20,000 nt of DNA. Origin: an uncultured virus (IMG/VR IMGVR_UViG_3300029787_000026) (taxonomy: Duplodnaviria; Heunggongvirae; Uroviricota; Caudoviricetes; Crassvirales). The notes under the pieces are model-generated. The model searched no databases. It was not told where the DNA came from and saw only the letters and a list, made by a program, of their open reading frames with translations. The stretch is from the IMG/VR virus record IMGVR_UViG_3300029787_000026; one strand, given 5' to 3'. Each line of letters starts with the position of its first letter. The stretch's first letter is position 1. The position numbers were made by a program, and so were the translations under genes. Positions 17,832 through 20,000 of this stretch are shown piece after piece.

Positions 17832-17905
17832 GTGCGCCAGCAGGATTCGAACCTGCGACCTCTAGGTTATGAGCCTAGCGAGCTGACCAACTGCTCCACA
17901 GCGCA
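17832..17905 (-). tRNA. tRNA-Met(CAT), initiator-like, atypical
   Basis: Cloverleaf TGCGCTG-TG-GAGC AGTTGGTCA GCTC-G-CTAGG CTCATAA CCTAG-AGGTC-GCAGG TTCGAAT CCTGC-TGGCGCA-C; no encoded CCA. Confidence 0.9.
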
Positions 17906-17910
17906 ATTTT

Positions 17911-18156
17911 TTAGTCTAATAGTATCATGTATGCTCTAGCATTAGCTGATCTAAACCAGTCAAGACTTTTTTCAGTTAACTTCCAGTCTTGCACTAGTTG
18001 TGCACCCATTATTAAGTCATACATAGCTAACTCATTAGCTGTTAGTATAGCTTGTTCACCACTAAACGGATTAGTAACTAAATCACCTTCAGTATACTTA
18101 GCACCGTCATACCATTTAGGTAGTTCTGTATCTTTAATTTTCATTTTTAAGTTCAT
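17911..18156 (-). CDS. hypothetical protein
   Basis: ORF track; start may be 18144. Confidence 0.65.
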   Translation of the reverse strand: MNLKMKIKDTELPKWYDGAKYTEGDLVTNPFSGEQAILTANELAMYDLIMGAQLVQDWKLTEKSLDWFRSANARAYMILLD

Positions 18157-18589
18157 ATCCTTCTTCTATTAATTCGTTTTCAACATCTTGTTTTTTATCA
18201 TTAAAATAATCTTCATATACTTCATCAACAACGTCTTGAAACTCATAGTTGCTAACGTCTTCATCATATTCTTGAAAGTATATACTGTTGCCGTCTATCA
18301 TAGCGTTAGCCATTTTTTCAAGCCAGTCACTTTCATAATAGTATATGTCTTCGTTGATTGACGGTTTACTATCATCTTCTGTTGCAACCCACACTTCATA
18401 ACCATCAGATGTAGTTTCACTATAGAACATCATATCAGGGTTACCCCAGTCGCTTGTAATACTAAAATCAAAATGCTCTTGAATAGCTATTAGTTTTTCA
18501 TTCCAGTCTAAATCTTCAAGCGGTAGTACACCGTGATCTTCTGCCATTTTTGACAGGATAAGATCGTCTGTTAATATTTTTTTACTCAT
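18134..18589 (-). CDS. highly acidic hypothetical protein
   Basis: Very D/E-rich 151-aa ORF. Confidence 0.7.
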   Translation of the reverse strand: MSKKILTDDLILSKMAEDHGVLPLEDLDWNEKLIAIQEHFDFSITSDWGNPDMMFYSETTSDGYEVWVATEDDSKPSINEDIYYYESDWLEKMANAMIDGNSIYFQEYDEDVSNYEFQDVVDEVYEDYFNDKKQDVENELIEEGYELKNEN

Positions 18590-18822
18590 TTTTTTATAAT
18601 ATTATCACCGTACATAAAAGAGTAAGCTTCTAGTTCCCAGCTATTTAGTTCGCTGTAACTAATCAAATCTCTAATATCGTCGATAGTTAGTTCATACCAC
18701 ATAGTTTTTGACATTAGTGTGTATTTTAATCTTTTTGCACTGCTGTACTCTCTAGCACTAGCTTGCAAAGCTTTTTTAACGTCGGGCAATAAATTGTCGT
18801 AGACGGTTTTTTGTTTTGCCAT
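18586..18822 (-). CDS. hypothetical protein
   Basis: Likely start at ATG 18822 (MAKQKTV), just downstream of motif copy 2. Confidence 0.65.
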   Translation of the reverse strand: MAKQKTVYDNLLPDVKKALQASAREYSSAKRLKYTLMSKTMWYELTIDDIRDLISYSELNSWELEAYSFMYGDNIIKK

Positions 18823-18830
18823 GTTTTTAT

Positions 18831-18866
18831 TATTATTATCCAATAGATTTATTATTTTGTTTGTAA
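18831..18866 (-). promoter_or_regulatory. putative phage promoter, copy 2 (TTACAAACAAAAT-N10-TTGGATAATAATA)
   Basis: One mismatch to copies 1 and 3 in the fixed positions; same spacer length. Confidence 0.7.
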
Positions 18867-19255
18867 TTTCTTAAGTAGAATTCTAACATATAGTTTAATC
18901 TAGCAAGACCTGACCATACTTTAGCTCTAGCAATACCTTCATATATTCTAGTTTCTAGCTTACCATCGATCAAGAATGTAGTTCTTTGCTCTTGCTTATA
19001 CTGTTTGTTAAGCTGATAGTTAGATGAGCAACTGTTTTGATTTCTTACATAACCTGTTTTAAAGCAAGCTAATCTTAGTCTTTCAATATCACCTATGTAT
19101 TTAGGGTGTCTTTTTCTAGCAGGCACAGGAAATTCAAATTCTCTTGTGCCATTTTTGGCTTGTCTTTGCGTGGTAGTCTCTTTGATACCATACTCAACGA
19201 GTAACTGCCTTGCAAATGCGTTTTCTAACGCTTCTTGTTCTTGTTTCCAATTCAT
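18836..19255 (-). CDS. hypothetical protein
   Basis: 139-aa ORF beginning 15 nt after the tmRNA-like RNA. Confidence 0.7.
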   Translation of the reverse strand: MNWKQEQEALENAFARQLLVEYGIKETTTQRQAKNGTREFEFPVPARKRHPKYIGDIERLRLACFKTGYVRNQNSCSSNYQLNKQYKQEQRTTFLIDGKLETRIYEGIARAKVWSGLARLNYMLEFYLRNYKQNNKSIG

Positions 19256-19269
19256 ATTTATTAATTTAG

Positions 19270-19372
19270 TGGACGTGGCAGGAATCGAACCTGCGTTACA
19301 ACATACTCGTACGTTTTTCGGTCAAGTTACAGCATCACACTCATGCCTATGTTGTCTAACCATTTCACGCCC
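19270..19372 (-). ncRNA. mini tmRNA-like RNA (tRNA-like domain only, Ala identity)
   Basis: GGGCGTG/CACGTCC acceptor with G3-U70 and A73; stemless D-loop AAATGGTTAG; 8-bp helix ACAACATA/TATGTTGT; 3-nt AAC linker; T-arm GCAGG-TTCGATT-CCTGC; only 42 nt enclosed. Confidence 0.75.
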
Positions 19373-19376
19373 ATAA

Positions 19377-19629
19377 GGCAGCAGTTGCGGACTGGTAGTT
19401 AACTAGTATTGTCATTTATCCGCTCTTTCTGTTTTGTACGCATCGAGCCGATCATTGTCGCCTTTAATTGTACTAACGTGACCAGTATGCCGCCGCCAAA
19501 CCGCTTCACAACCGTGCACTACTATTTCAAGCTGTGGTTGTTCTTCACGTATGCTAGCTATTCACTTATGTGTAATTCCAGAGGCAGGAACTTACTGACC
19601 TTGATTTACCTATTAAGCTACTCGTCTAG
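19377..19629 (-). ncRNA. putative structured non-coding RNA
   Basis: About 250 nt without a credible ORF, visibly higher GC than flanks, several complementary pairs (see findings). Confidence 0.45.
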
Positions 19630-19824
19630 CTATTTACGCCGCCAAGCTCTGTGCACTGATGCACTTACTTCTTGACTGACGATTTGTATTGTATTACCGG
19701 TTTTATGCTCAATAATTGGTACATAACTGTACGTTTGGGTTGTTGAGCAAGACACACAAGTTTTGTAGCCCATATCTAATCGCAACTGTGGTATTTTTAC
19801 ACCGGGTTTACATTTACAATACAT
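19630..19824 (-). CDS. small Zn-finger-like protein (CxC...CxxC)
   Basis: MYCKC..IPQLRL..GYKTCVSCS, reminiscent of the DksA/TraR C4 finger spacing. Confidence 0.6.
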   Translation of the reverse strand: MYCKCKPGVKIPQLRLDMGYKTCVSCSTTQTYSYVPIIEHKTGNTIQIVSQEVSASVHRAWRRK

Positions 19825-19834
19825 AGTTTGTTTA

Positions 19835-19870
19835 TATTATTATCCAAAAGATAATTTATTTTGTCTGTAA
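19835..19870 (-). promoter_or_regulatory. putative phage promoter, copy 3 (TTACAGACAAAAT-N10-TTGGATAATAATA)
   Basis: Same motif, ending 10 nt before ATG 19824. Confidence 0.7.
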
Positions 19871-19999
19871 TAATTTATTGAGTGCAACATTTATTACATA
19901 TTCTTTCATTTCCTGATAGTCATCACCTTCAAGAGGTTGGTCAGCTAGTTGCCAATCAACACTGTCTTCAATGATTTCTTTCATATGATCCGCTACACC
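19856..19999 (-). CDS. 3' end of an acidic hypothetical protein, truncated by the window
   Basis: GVADHMKEIIEDSVDWQLADQPLEGDDYQEMKEYVINVALNKLLQTK*. Confidence 0.55.
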   Translation of the reverse strand, partial: GVADHMKEIIEDSVDWQLADQPLEGDDYQEMKEYVINVALNKLLQTK

Positions 20000-20000
20000 C

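Noticed and set aside
19270..19372. Ordinary or intron-containing tRNA, or permuted two-piece tmRNA
   Set aside because: No D-stem and no 7-nt anticodon loop; the 42-nt insert is too small for a self-splicing intron; the 5' and 3' acceptor strands are in normal order.
19365..19462. Possible tag reading frame upstream of the TLD (GGC GAC AAT GAT = GDND.., and a 16-aa ORF MTILVNYQSATAALWA)
   Set aside because: The resemblance to GENNYALAA-type tags is superficial: no proper resume context, no AA-stop ending, and it lies outside the TLD helix.
19377..19629. Group I/II intron, RNase P RNA, SRP RNA or degenerate tRNA
   Set aside because: No recognisable P7 G-site, domain V, P4 or SRP loop consensus; the TAGCTTAATAGGTAAA D-arm-like piece near 19620 lacks a matching stem and T-arm.
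17690..19675. + strand ORFs 17690..17872, 17927..18172, 19095..19376, 19409..19675
   Set aside because: Antisense shadows of - strand genes and RNAs; AGFEPA/AGIEPA are typical translations of antisense T-arms.
1..20000. CRISPR array, integrase/IS element, stop-codon reassignment
   Set aside because: No regularly spaced repeats or transposase/integrase seen; genes tile densely under the standard code with TAA, TAG and TGA all used as stops.

Overview
This AT-rich window looks like part of a tailed dsDNA phage genome with a probable Bacteroidota/Flavobacteriia host (inferred from gene content, absence of obvious Shine-Dalgarno motifs and an NrdB resembling the flavobacterial type). Two modules converge on a terminator at about 3323-3351. 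The + strand carries the 3' end of a very large, probably virion/ejected protein with an embedded HAD-phosphatase domain, followed by three tiny ORFs. The - strand carries a long early/replication operon: small hypotheticals, ATP-dependent ligase, a DenV-like glycosylase, an HTH protein, a sigma-70-family factor, ERF plus a RecE-like exonuclease, an SSB-like protein, a primase-helicase (split only by an N gap), a thymidylate-synthase-fold enzyme, two NTP pyrophosphatase-like proteins, an endonuclease-I-like resolvase and class I RNR (nrdB, nrdA). Highlights: (1) a 103-nt tmRNA-like RNA with a complete alanine-type tRNA-like domain but essentially no mRNA-like domain, directly downstream of about 250 nt of apparently structured non-coding sequence; (2) a TS-fold enzyme with the dCMP-specific Asp of T4 gp42 next to MazG-like enzymes, suggesting a cytosine-modified genome; (3) a bipartite promoter-like motif present three times with an invariant spacer; (4) an atypical initiator-like tRNA-Met; (5) a 12-aa CxxC-x3-CxxC micro-ORF. 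All family assignments come from motif recognition by eye, not from database searches.
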